In this document: positions 51,234-59,406 of the stretch, one piece after another
Layout: each line of letters starts with the position of its first letter
Numbering within the stretch: the stretch's first letter is position 1
From: a virus
Direction: 5' to 3' (one strand)
IMG/VR virus record: IMGVR_UViG_3300029957_000006
Coordinates: 32,001 to 96,000 of that record
DNA: 64,000 bases
Notes under the pieces: model-generated
What the model was told of the DNA's origin: nothing
Seen by the model: the letters and a program-made list of their open reading frames with translations, nothing else
The model's database searches: none
Position numbers and translations under genes: made by a program

Positions 51234-51629
51234 TTACATGTTAAATTTCATTATAGATACATATCCATCATCCTCAATAACTAGTTCTTGTCTTAGTTTT
51301 AATCTTTCCCAAAGAGCTTTACTAAACTTATTCATTGATATGTTGGAACAAGAAATAGCTTTAGTATGCTTGTTTTCAATTAGAAAAGAAAGAGCTTCAA
51401 TAAGAAAATCTTCACCAAGATTTTTACCAATGAAATCTTTTGTTAGACCATAACCCATGATTGATGAAATCCCATCTGAATCGTTTGGATTTGAATAAAA
51501 GAATCCTATTTTTTCACCAGTAATTCTATTTGAGAATTCTAGGATATAAACATCAAACCAATCACCCATTTTTAAGAATGATAATGATGATCTACATTCT
51601 CCAATAGAAATGTCAAACAAATTATTCAT
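51234..51629 (-). CDS. putative GNAT-fold protein
   Basis: FIGKNLG, S.ALWERL. Confidence 0.45.
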   Translation of the reverse strand: MNNLFDISIGECRSSLSFLKMGDWFDVYILEFSNRITGEKIGFFYSNPNDSDGISSIMGYGLTKDFIGKNLGEDFLIEALSFLIENKHTKAISCSNISMNKFSKALWERLKLRQELVIEDDGYVSIMKFNM

Positions 51630-51754
51630 GAGCTGCTCACAGGATTCGAACCTGTACTACTTCACCTAACGCCAGTTGCAGCTGACTCGGTTCTCTTTCC
51701 GCTGGGATTTGCGGTGTTCTAGCCAATCGCACTAACCAACTGTGCTACCTCCCC
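51630..51754 (-). other. chimeric or degenerate tRNA-like element
   Basis: D-arm GCAC-AGTTGGTTA-GTGC and T-arm ACAGG-TTCGAAT-CCTGT present; acceptor halves do not pair; enlarged middle. Confidence 0.5.
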
Positions 51755-51876
51755 AATTTAGTTGTGAGATTAATCCAGAATCACTGGTCACAACCACCAT
51801 TTCCGCTGTAATGCACCCCAAGGTCTTATTCCAAAGACAAACACAAGTGTTCGGGCCAATACGGTTGAATTTCCAG

Positions 51877-51949
51877 TGGTAACGGCTAGAATCGAACTAG
51901 CGACACATAGATTTTCAGTCTATTGCTCTACCAACTGAGCTACATCACC
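51877..51949 (-). tRNA. tRNA-Phe(GAA)
   Basis: Canonical cloverleaf; ATAGA-CTGAAAA-TCTAT. Confidence 0.95.
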
Positions 51950-51952
51950 ATT

Positions 51953-52870
51953 TGCTGACCATTTACATCAGCCCCAGAAGTCTCTGTTTTTTTAGTTTAT
52001 TGCTACTAATGGGATGGCTACCTCCACCATAAACTATTCCAAGATGTATCTTAGAACGTATCACCGCTGAAACAATACGAGGGCCATGGACAGCCCGAAT
52101 ACACTAGGTTTACTATACTCTCTCATCTTTTTTCTACTCTTGAGAGTTCCATTCCGCTAAGACTGGATTTGTTTCATATCACTCCGTAAAAGCTACGTGA
52201 ATACTACTATTATTATAAACCTTGTTTTTTTTGATTGCAGATGCTCCGAACATCTTTACGTCTCATTGCTGAGTTAACGTTTGTTTTACAATCGTAGTTG
52301 GCTAATCGGTGTATTTCCCCGAAAATTTAAAGAGTGTGAAAACTTACAATCACTCTGCCAATTTTAAAACAGATTCATGGTGGCTTATGAGCAGTCGCAT
52401 TGCTTTTCGTGGAGTATTTGAAGTCTTGCCTCATAACTTTGTTCCACAGTAGTTATACACCATGTCTCCCCTTACGTTATCCTTTCGTGCTATCACGCAC
52501 AGCCAACTTAACGGCAAGTTCCCTTATCAGTTTGTTTTATTTCAGATTCATGTTCATATTGATGTGGACTAAACATCCAAGAACAGATTGTGGCCTCCGT
52601 ACAACGTATTTTTTAGGGCCGAGAGTCTACCTCGTTTGACCAACCCCTTAGCTTCCGCTAATATTTTACGCCACTGGGAACGCATGATATTCGTGCTTAT
52701 TGCTAAGCTTTACCTACCTCAGTACTCAGAATATGAATTAACATATCCCTGTCTGATAATCATGCTGTCGCTATTCGAATTACCGAGAGATCGCTACCTT
52801 AGGACCGTTATAGTTTCTAATTGCAGAAATGAATCTTTATTATTTTTAATTGCTAAAATGTCAATGAACT
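51953..52870 (-). ncRNA. candidate large structured ncRNA (~900 nt) in tRNA array
   Basis: No minus-strand ORF, visibly more GC-rich, many hairpins with GNRA loops, bounded by tRNA-like elements; ends approximate. Confidence 0.7.
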
Positions 52871-52872
52871 AG

Positions 52873-52942
52873 TGGGGGATGATGGGTTCTAACCACCGAC
52901 CTGTATTACTACTGCTCTAACCAAATTCTGAGCTAATCCCCC
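52873..52942 (-). other. tRNA-like element lacking an anticodon
   Basis: Acceptor GGGGGAT/ATCCCCC-A, D-arm GCTC/GAGC, T-arm; anticodon arm reduced to GTA-GTAA-TAC. Confidence 0.7.
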
Positions 52943-52954
52943 ATATTTACTTTG

Positions 52955-52986
52955 CAAAGTTACTAACTAAATTACGCTTTGTCAAG
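52955..52986 (-). promoter_or_regulatory. Bacteroidota-type promoter upstream of tRNA-like/ncRNA unit
   Basis: TTG-N20-TAACTTTG. Confidence 0.7.
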
Positions 52987-53260
52987 TATTATTTTTTAAT
53001 ATTTTTGAGGAACCAAATGCTCCTCTAACAGAGCACAAAGGTACAAAAGATTTTTGAATCTACCAAATTTATTTTTAATCCAAATAGATTTCAAAATAAC
53101 TGATACAAAAATCATTAAACCAAACACCTCTATCGTAATAAAAAGCTAGAAGTTCTGGATCGGTGGCTTCTTCCACTCGTTTCACCATCTTATTGGCGAT
53201 CTTTTGAAGGATTTTCTTTTTCATGAAACAAAGGTACTAAATAATTTTCGAATAAACAAA

Positions 53261-55582
53261 TTAATATCGTATAAGCTTCTTGATCCTATTAACTTGTTCA
53301 AAAAGCTTATGATTGGTAAAATAACTCGGTATATCCTTGATAGGTATATAACCCTCACGTGATTCACCGTGTTGTTTATCTGTGAATTTAATAAAAACCT
53401 TACCATCTAATTGAAATTTCTTTCTATCAATTTCAATTATCGCTATTTCGTTTTCAATTCTACTACTGGTTGGGTCTTGACCCAATCGTTTTAATGTATC
53501 ATTTAATAAAAGAATTATTTGACTCTTTAATTTAACCAACTTAGTTTCTTCTTCTGAATCACCATCATTCGTTTCATCACTTGAATCATCATCTGAAGAT
53601 AATTCTTCGAGTGCATTATCTACCTCTTTTTCAATTGAATTATAAATGGAGTCATTATCGATTTCCATGTTATTATTCCCAGTTTCACTTATTTCTTCCC
53701 ACACACTTTCATAATTTGTTGGAACATCATAACCTTCAAGTATTTCATCTGCTAGTGAAATAAGGTTATCAATAAATAATTGCTTATCAGTACTAAAGAT
53801 ATTTTCTTTAGTTAATGCCATGATAAATGGACCTATTCTTAGATTTAAATCAGTATCATCATTATCCAAATACATGATCGCTTTTATGCTATTACGAATT
53901 TTATCCCAAGCTTTTTCCTCTCCTTCATCTTTAGCTTCAGAATATTTAGAATCTATTTCACCTTTAATTTCATCAACTTTTTTATAACTTTCCAATAAAT
54001 CCTTAAGACTTTCTTTATCCCATCCTAAACCATATGCTTTAAATTGATCCGCAAATTCATTATGATTAGTTATAAATGTTTCAAGATAATATTCATAATC
54101 TTCATCTAATCTATCACTATCACCATCATAATAACTATAATTATATCCATTGCTATTCCAAGTATCATAATCTAATTTTTCCAATAATTCATATACTGAT
54201 GAATCCATATGTTTTTTCAAATAACTACCATAACTTGATGTATCAAAAGTTATATAACCATTATAAAATGTCACATCAACATCTTCTGGTATCATTGATT
54301 TTATTTTCTCATACGCTTCTTCATTACCATTATTAGCTAGTTTCAATAAATTTCCTATTGATTTATGTTCTTCTGTGAATTTATTTGGTAAGTGTTTTTG
54401 CAAAAATTCAAGCTTGTCTTCACCAAAGGTATGAACAAAGGCATTTATTTCTTTTTGATCTAGACTCTCTAAATATGATCTAATATCTTCATCAGATAAA
54501 ATTATCAATTCAGTAAAATTCATCTTAAGTTGTCTTCTCTCTCTACCATCTCTTTTAAGATACTCTTCCAATTTCTTTTTACTGATTTGCGTATAGCGTT
54601 TTAAGATATCTTTTTTAGGTTTAATAAATTCAAATTGTTTATCATCCAATCCAATACCAAAAGAAACATATAAGTTTAATAAATCATCTGGTAAATTAGT
54701 CAATTGACGAAAAGTAATTGGTCTTGCAATTGTAGGATAGATATCTAAGTAGCTTCGTTTATCTTCATAACTAAGCTTCGCAAATTCTTGATCACTAATA
54801 CCATTTTTAAATCTTTCATTCTTTTCTCTTTCTTCTGGTGTAAATGGTTTAGGTACCAACACATCTCTAATAACTTTAAGCTTAGGGTTTATTCCTAGAA
54901 TCTCATTCCAGCTTAATTGCTTATCACCATCATTATTTGCCGATGTAACAAAATATTGTTGTGTTTCTAAATCATCCATCTTTGCATTCTTTGGAACTTG
55001 AATAACGAAAAAGTGATATGGATATTTGAATTGACCTTTAAATACATTCTTAGTCATATTCCAAACACCAAATTCTTTCTCAGCAAGCTTTAAATTCTTG
55101 ACAAAATAAAACGCTGGTTCATATGGCTTGAATCTGTATGTATAAAACATATTGGATGAATCTGATCTAGCTACACACCAAGAATAAGGAAATTTACCCT
55201 TATATTTTATACAAGCTCTTGGTGTATCAGCATAATACACTTCAAAATTTTCATCTTTATAAACTGGCTTGGCATCAATTTCTATTTGTTCATTTCCACT
55301 ACCAAAGGTTGATACACCTTGTCTACGTCCACCAACATAATCAACTAATTGTTCTAGATCATGAAAATCTGTGTAAGAATCGATATTGTTTCTTTTATCT
55401 GGAGCAACAGAAATATCTAAATCTGTATCAAACATTTCTTTGAACTTCTTATCTCTGATATGCTTAAACTTGTCAACGTAATTTTTAACCACTTCTGGAT
55501 CGATACCTTGTTTTATAAACTTGGCACTTTGTGATTTAAAATCCTCATTAAGTATTTCTTGAAATATGTGGCTAATCTTCAT
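53261..55582 (-). CDS. large acidic protein, probably virion-associated
   Basis: Likely start MKISHIFQEILNE after GATATTTATA motif; C-terminal EQVNRIKKLI; function is inference. Confidence 0.65.
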   Translation of the reverse strand: MKISHIFQEILNEDFKSQSAKFIKQGIDPEVVKNYVDKFKHIRDKKFKEMFDTDLDISVAPDKRNNIDSYTDFHDLEQLVDYVGGRRQGVSTFGSGNEQIEIDAKPVYKDENFEVYYADTPRACIKYKGKFPYSWCVARSDSSNMFYTYRFKPYEPAFYFVKNLKLAEKEFGVWNMTKNVFKGQFKYPYHFFVIQVPKNAKMDDLETQQYFVTSANNDGDKQLSWNEILGINPKLKVIRDVLVPKPFTPEEREKNERFKNGISDQEFAKLSYEDKRSYLDIYPTIARPITFRQLTNLPDDLLNLYVSFGIGLDDKQFEFIKPKKDILKRYTQISKKKLEEYLKRDGRERRQLKMNFTELIILSDEDIRSYLESLDQKEINAFVHTFGEDKLEFLQKHLPNKFTEEHKSIGNLLKLANNGNEEAYEKIKSMIPEDVDVTFYNGYITFDTSSYGSYLKKHMDSSVYELLEKLDYDTWNSNGYNYSYYDGDSDRLDEDYEYYLETFITNHNEFADQFKAYGLGWDKESLKDLLESYKKVDEIKGEIDSKYSEAKDEGEEKAWDKIRNSIKAIMYLDNDDTDLNLRIGPFIMALTKENIFSTDKQLFIDNLISLADEILEGYDVPTNYESVWEEISETGNNNMEIDNDSIYNSIEKEVDNALEELSSDDDSSDETNDGDSEEETKLVKLKSQIILLLNDTLKRLGQDPTSSRIENEIAIIEIDRKKFQLDGKVFIKFTDKQHGESREGYIPIKDIPSYFTNHKLFEQVNRIKKLIRY

Positions 55583-55625
55583 TTTAAATGGTATTTCACT
55601 ATAAATATCACTTAAAAGGTTAAAA

Positions 55626-55913
55626 TTACCAAGATTTTGAACCCAATTTCCGATAAATTCTATTATTAAAATCATTTAATAATGATTCTGGTATGATTAT
55701 ACCGTTTTTTGAAAATTCTTCAAGAATTTCTCTTTTACTGAATGAACCTTCAACAATTCCATCACTCCATTCATTTACCCAAAGACCCCAAGATTTTTTA
55801 CCAATTATAACACTTCTAACTATGTTAGGGTGTCTGGTTTTAATAACGATATTGTCTTTGTAATTTCCATTGTCGTATTTTCTGAATACGTTTTTACCTT
55901 CAATTTCATTCAC
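55626..55913 (-). CDS. hypothetical protein
   Basis: ORF on coding strand; start uncertain. Confidence 0.4.
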   Translation of the reverse strand: MNEIEGKNVFRKYDNGNYKDNIVIKTRHPNIVRSVIIGKKSWGLWVNEWSDGIVEGSFSKREILEEFSKNGIIIPESLLNDFNNRIYRKLGSKSW

Positions 55914-56312
55914 ATCAAATTGAATTGGATTTATATCACTACCACAAAAAGTAAGAATACCTTTTCGATGTGATTGTATAAAGAAGATGAAGATTTGATT
56001 AAATCCTTGTGAGTATTTTTGAAGCTTTCTTTCATGCTTCGATCCTATTTGTAGCTTACGTAATTCTATACGTTGCTGCTTGGTGCGTCCAAGCTGTTGC
56101 CCCCTTGACTTATCATTTTAATAGAGTTAATTCTTTTCGTAATTCACTTATCTTTCTTTGTGTTCCAGCAACATCAATTTCCTTAGTAGTGGAAGTCTTT
56201 TTAGTTAGAGCTGAAATCATTTCATTTTCTAAATATTGGATTCTTTCTTGAAGCTTGGCTTTCTTTTTTTCTAACTTTCCCATTACTAGGTATTTTAATC
56301 ATGTGTTATTTG

Positions 56313-56424
56313 CAGTGGTGCTAGGAATCGAACCTAGAATTCTGGCGTGAGAGGCTAGTTTAATTGCTGAACGTAATCTTAACAGATTAGCTTTTACATT
56401 GTGATACCATTTCACTACACCACT
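56313..56424 (-). tRNA. tRNA-Glu(CTC)-like with 41-nt insertion
   Basis: Perfect acceptor, D and T arms; insert between D-arm and anticodon stem. Confidence 0.6.
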
Positions 56425-56426
56425 AG

Positions 56427-56499
56427 TTGAGAGAGCGAGTTTCGAACTCGACTTTTCCACCCGTCTAGGTGGCGTACTAACCAATTATACTATCTCCCA
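56427..56499 (-). tRNA. tRNA-like gene, undetermined anticodon (6-nt loop)
   Basis: Cloverleaf with CCACC-TAGACG-GGTGG. Confidence 0.5.
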
Positions 56500-56604
56500 A
56501 TTTTGCAGTCATAGTTGGATTCGAACCCAACCTAGAGGAAGAATCGAACTTCCATCTCACTTAGTTCCTACTACCATTCGGAAACTTTTGTATTTGTTAA
56601 TTTG

Positions 56605-56677
56605 CGGATGTGACGAGAGTTGAACTCGCTCCATACTGCGTGACAAGCAGACATCTTAACCGTTTGACCTCACATCC
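56605..56677 (-). tRNA. tRNA-Asp(GTC)
   Basis: CTGC-TTGTCAC-GCAG; G73. Confidence 0.9.
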
Positions 56678-56739
56678 ATTTTAATAACAAGAACCACTCA
56701 TTGACTAGACGAGTGTTTGGTTGTCAACCATCCTTTTAG

Positions 56740-56814
56740 TGGAGCGTAAGGGAATTGAACCCTGTTTTTCAGAATATCTTGCAAGGATATTTGGCTGCGC
56801 CTGTGCAACACCCC
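56740..56814 (-). tRNA. tRNA-Ala(TGC), atypical D-arm
   Basis: G3:U70 pair, A73, ATATC-CTTGCAA-GATAT. Confidence 0.7.
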
Positions 56815-56824
56815 ATTTTAATTT

Positions 56825-56903
56825 TGGCGGTTCTAGAGGGAGTTGAACCCTCATTCTTCCTAGATCGACAATCTAGTTCCCAACCCAGTGGGCTCATAGA
56901 ACC
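56825..56903 (-). tRNA. tRNA-Asp(GTC), atypical D-arm, encoded CCA
   Basis: CTAGA-TTGTCGA-TCTAG; GGTTCTA/TAGAACC-GCCA. Confidence 0.8.
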
Positions 56904-56906
56904 AAG

Positions 56907-56980
56907 CGGAGAGTACGGGATTCGAACCCGTGGCCTTTTGCGTGACAGGCAAATATTGTAACCAGCTCTACTAACTCTCC
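56907..56980 (-). tRNA. tRNA-Asp(GTC)
   Basis: TTTGC-CTGTCAC-GCAAA; canonical T-arm. Confidence 0.93.
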
Positions 56981-57037
56981 ATTTAATCCGATTACGTTGA
57001 TTTTTTACTGCTCGGATTGACACAACAAAAACACTTG

Positions 57038-57109
57038 TAAGATGTACGAGACTCGAACTCGTGTTTGCCCCTTCAACGGGGCTGTCCTAGGCCACTAGAC
57101 GAACATCTC
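57038..57109 (-). tRNA. Glu/Gln-type tRNA body with 6-nt anticodon loop
   Basis: GCCCC-GTTGAA-GGGGC; other arms canonical. Confidence 0.6.
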
Positions 57110-57178
57110 TGACCACTAGAACATCTACAAATGCTTTTCATGGCCTCTACTTTGATCATTGTAGTGATCTCCATATAG

Positions 57179-57263
57179 TACTGCGTATGGGATTCGAACC
57201 CATGATACTCTTACGAGTTCCACCTTGAAAGGATGGCGACCTAGACCGCTAGTCAAACGCAGC
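57179..57263 (-). tRNA. tRNA-Glu(TTC) with long variable arm
   Basis: CCATC-CTTTCAA-GGTGG; V-arm ACTC-GTAA-GAGT. Confidence 0.85.
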
Positions 57264-57467
57264 ATTTTTAATTATTGCAAGTATTTCTCTTGGTGTTATT
57301 ACTTCACACTTAGATTGTATCTCAACAATTCTTTTCTTTGGTATATCATAGTGATCTTTATGAAACCAACATTTTTTTATTCCTAATTCCTTAGCCATTT
57401 CATGTAAGTTCTCGATTGAATACGGAACACATACTAGATGGCGTTTATTATCACATTTGTATTTCAT
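57249..57467 (-). CDS. small hypothetical protein (DUF4031-like)
   Basis: LHEMAKELGIKKCWF..DHYDI; start ATG 57467. Confidence 0.6.
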   Translation of the reverse strand: MKYKCDNKRHLVCVPYSIENLHEMAKELGIKKCWFHKDHYDIPKKRIVEIQSKCEVITPREILAIIKNAAFD

Positions 57468-57482
57468 AATTATAAATACTTG

Positions 57483-57554
57483 TACTCCCAAGGAGAATTG
57501 AACTCCTGTTTTTTGGTTGAAAACCAAACGAACTAACCACTATTCGATGGGAGC
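57483..57554 (-). tRNA. tRNA-Glu(TTC)
   Basis: TTTGG-TTTTCAA-CCAAA. Confidence 0.9.
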
Positions 57555-57810
57555 ATTTAATAGTCTTTCCTATTAGTCTTTAAATGGGTTATGAATATAT
57601 TCATTAGGAAATTCCTTGATAAATAACTTCCTCAATTTAGAATATCTTAAATTACCTAATTCCTTTAGATTATATTGAGGTAAATTTTCTAATTCTTGTA
57701 TCCAATGTATTCTAACAAGAAGTATATGAAATCTAATATGTCTACGTTTAACAATCCATCTTGAATATTTCCATTTCAATAATATTAAAAATTTCTTCAT
57801 AATTCTTTAG

Positions 57811-58452
57811 TTATTTTCTTCCTTTAATCCATCCTTGTTCTATAAACGAATTAATATATTCTTTTTTTATTTTTTTATGTTCACCTTCTTTCGTAATCCA
57901 ACAGGTATCATATTGAGAATTTTTATTTCCATTATGTTTACCTTTATGTGATTCAGACATCAATTCAATTGTTTCAATACTATGATTTTTCCCTGTCATG
58001 GTATCATACTTAATTTTACCATTTTTATGAGCAATTTTCACATTCTCCAACAAAGTTTTTTTTATTCTATTTCCAAATAATTTATCCTTTTTAAATCTTA
58101 TAGCGAAATTTTTAGGACCATCTGATGTAATAAATTTATGTTTATGTTCTTCATTAACAAATCCACCATCTCCACCTTCCTTCAAATTCATACATAAATC
58201 TTCACCAATCAACTCTTTTGTCACTAATTCCTTCTCTCTGTTTTTCAATAATTCTCTTGTTGGTAACCACTCAAGTATTTCCTTAGTATGATTCTTTTTA
58301 CCATGATAGTTAATACTAAACCAAAGTCGTTTTCCACTACCAAAATAACCATCATTCAAGTTATCTGTTGAGTGCATTCCTATGTAATATCTATTTGTTA
58401 CATTACATGTAATTTTATAGATGTAATGATATTTTCTTTCTTGTCTTGCCAT
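57811..58452 (-). CDS. Seg-like GIY-YIG homing endonuclease in tRNA array
   Basis: YIYKITCNVTNRYYIGMHST, YFGSG, NLKEGGDGG, NUMOD3 HSIETIELMS. Confidence 0.88.
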   Translation of the reverse strand: MARQERKYHYIYKITCNVTNRYYIGMHSTDNLNDGYFGSGKRLWFSINYHGKKNHTKEILEWLPTRELLKNREKELVTKELIGEDLCMNLKEGGDGGFVNEEHKHKFITSDGPKNFAIRFKKDKLFGNRIKKTLLENVKIAHKNGKIKYDTMTGKNHSIETIELMSESHKGKHNGNKNSQYDTCWITKEGEHKKIKKEYINSFIEQGWIKGRK

Positions 58453-58488
58453 ATACTAAATATACGGCAAGGTACAAAAAAGTCAAGG

Positions 58489-58561
58489 TCATCCCTACGG
58501 AATTTGAATCCGTGTTACCGCCTTGAAAGGGCAGTGTCCTAGACCACTAGACGAAAGGATG
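58489..58561 (-). tRNA. tRNA-Glu(TTC)
   Basis: CTGCC-CTTTCAA-GGCGG. Confidence 0.9.
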
Positions 58562-58566
58562 ATTAG

Positions 58567-58640
58567 TGGAACTTCCAGTTATCGAAGCTGGGACGCAGAC
58601 CCTAACTGGGTCTCGCTCTACCATTCTGAGCTAAAGTTCC
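58567..58640 (-). tRNA. atypical tRNA, nominal anticodon GTT (Asn)
   Basis: AGACC-CAGTTAG-GGTCT; A33 instead of U33, T-stem mismatch, A73. Confidence 0.55.
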
Positions 58641-58670
58641 TTAAATCCAATATGTCAAATAACGTTGTTG

Positions 58671-58743
58671 TGGACCTTCCCAGTTTCGAACTGGGCTCTC
58701 ATGTTCTTCAGACATGCGCTTTCACCAGATTAGCTTAAAGTCC
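58671..58743 (-). tRNA. tRNA-Phe(GAA)
   Basis: CATGT-CTGAAGA-ACATG. Confidence 0.88.
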
Positions 58744-59133
58744 ATTTATTTCTTTTTCAATTAAATCATTACTATGTCCATTGTTATACAAATCAATTAT
58801 TATTTGTATCATTTCCTTTGTAATATGACCTCTTGATTGATTTTTCATGTTTTCTAGATGTGTTACCCATCTTAAATTTTCAATTCTATTATCATTTTTT
58901 ACCCTATTAATATGATCAATAAATGGTTTATTATCTGGATTTTCAATAAACGCTTCACCTATCAATCTATGAAGAATACAAGTTTTTCGTTTTCCATTGA
59001 AGTACAAACCAACTATTTTATATCCTTTACTATCATTATGTATTTTAACTAATTTTCCTGTTTTAATGTTTTTAAGATTACCAAGAGTTGAAACCTCGTA
59101 ATTACCTTCTTTTATTTTTTTCCATTTTTCCAT
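58735..59133 (-). CDS. NUMOD4-HNH homing endonuclease
   Basis: MEKWKKI...YEVSTLG, HRLIGEAFI, DHINRVKNDNRIENLRW. Confidence 0.9.
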   Translation of the reverse strand: MEKWKKIKEGNYEVSTLGNLKNIKTGKLVKIHNDSKGYKIVGLYFNGKRKTCILHRLIGEAFIENPDNKPFIDHINRVKNDNRIENLRWVTHLENMKNQSRGHITKEMIQIIIDLYNNGHSNDLIEKEINGL

Positions 59134-59145
59134 TGCAATATATGT

Positions 59146-59176
59146 AAAAAAAAAAGGTTGACTTCGGCCAACCTTT
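59146..59176 (-). terminator. intrinsic terminator
   Basis: AAAGGTTGGC-CGAA-GTCAACCTTT followed by T run. Confidence 0.8.
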
Positions 59177-59406
59177 CTTATCAAATTAATTATAACGTTT
59201 TCGTTAACTTTTGACAATAGTTGACCTTCCTTGGCTTTTATCGGCCTCGGCTGCAAAAAATGCAAAATCAAATATGTTGTTAACTGTTTTCATTGTTTTT
59301 AGTCTTGTGGGTTTCCCCTTGTCTTAATAAATATGTCGTTTCTTTTAAATGTTACACAAAGGTACTAACTATTTTATTAAAAAGCAAGTCTTTTGGCAAT
59401 TTTTTT

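Noticed and set aside
51953-52870. A true 23S rRNA gene, or a group I intron in rRNA
   Set aside because: Similarity is limited to one short segment; no further colinear rRNA sequence or intron core recognised by eye
52400-52872. Plus-strand ORFs 52400-52639 and 52588-52872
   Set aside because: Non-ATG starts, no recognisable motifs, antisense to the local transcription unit; region better explained as structured RNA
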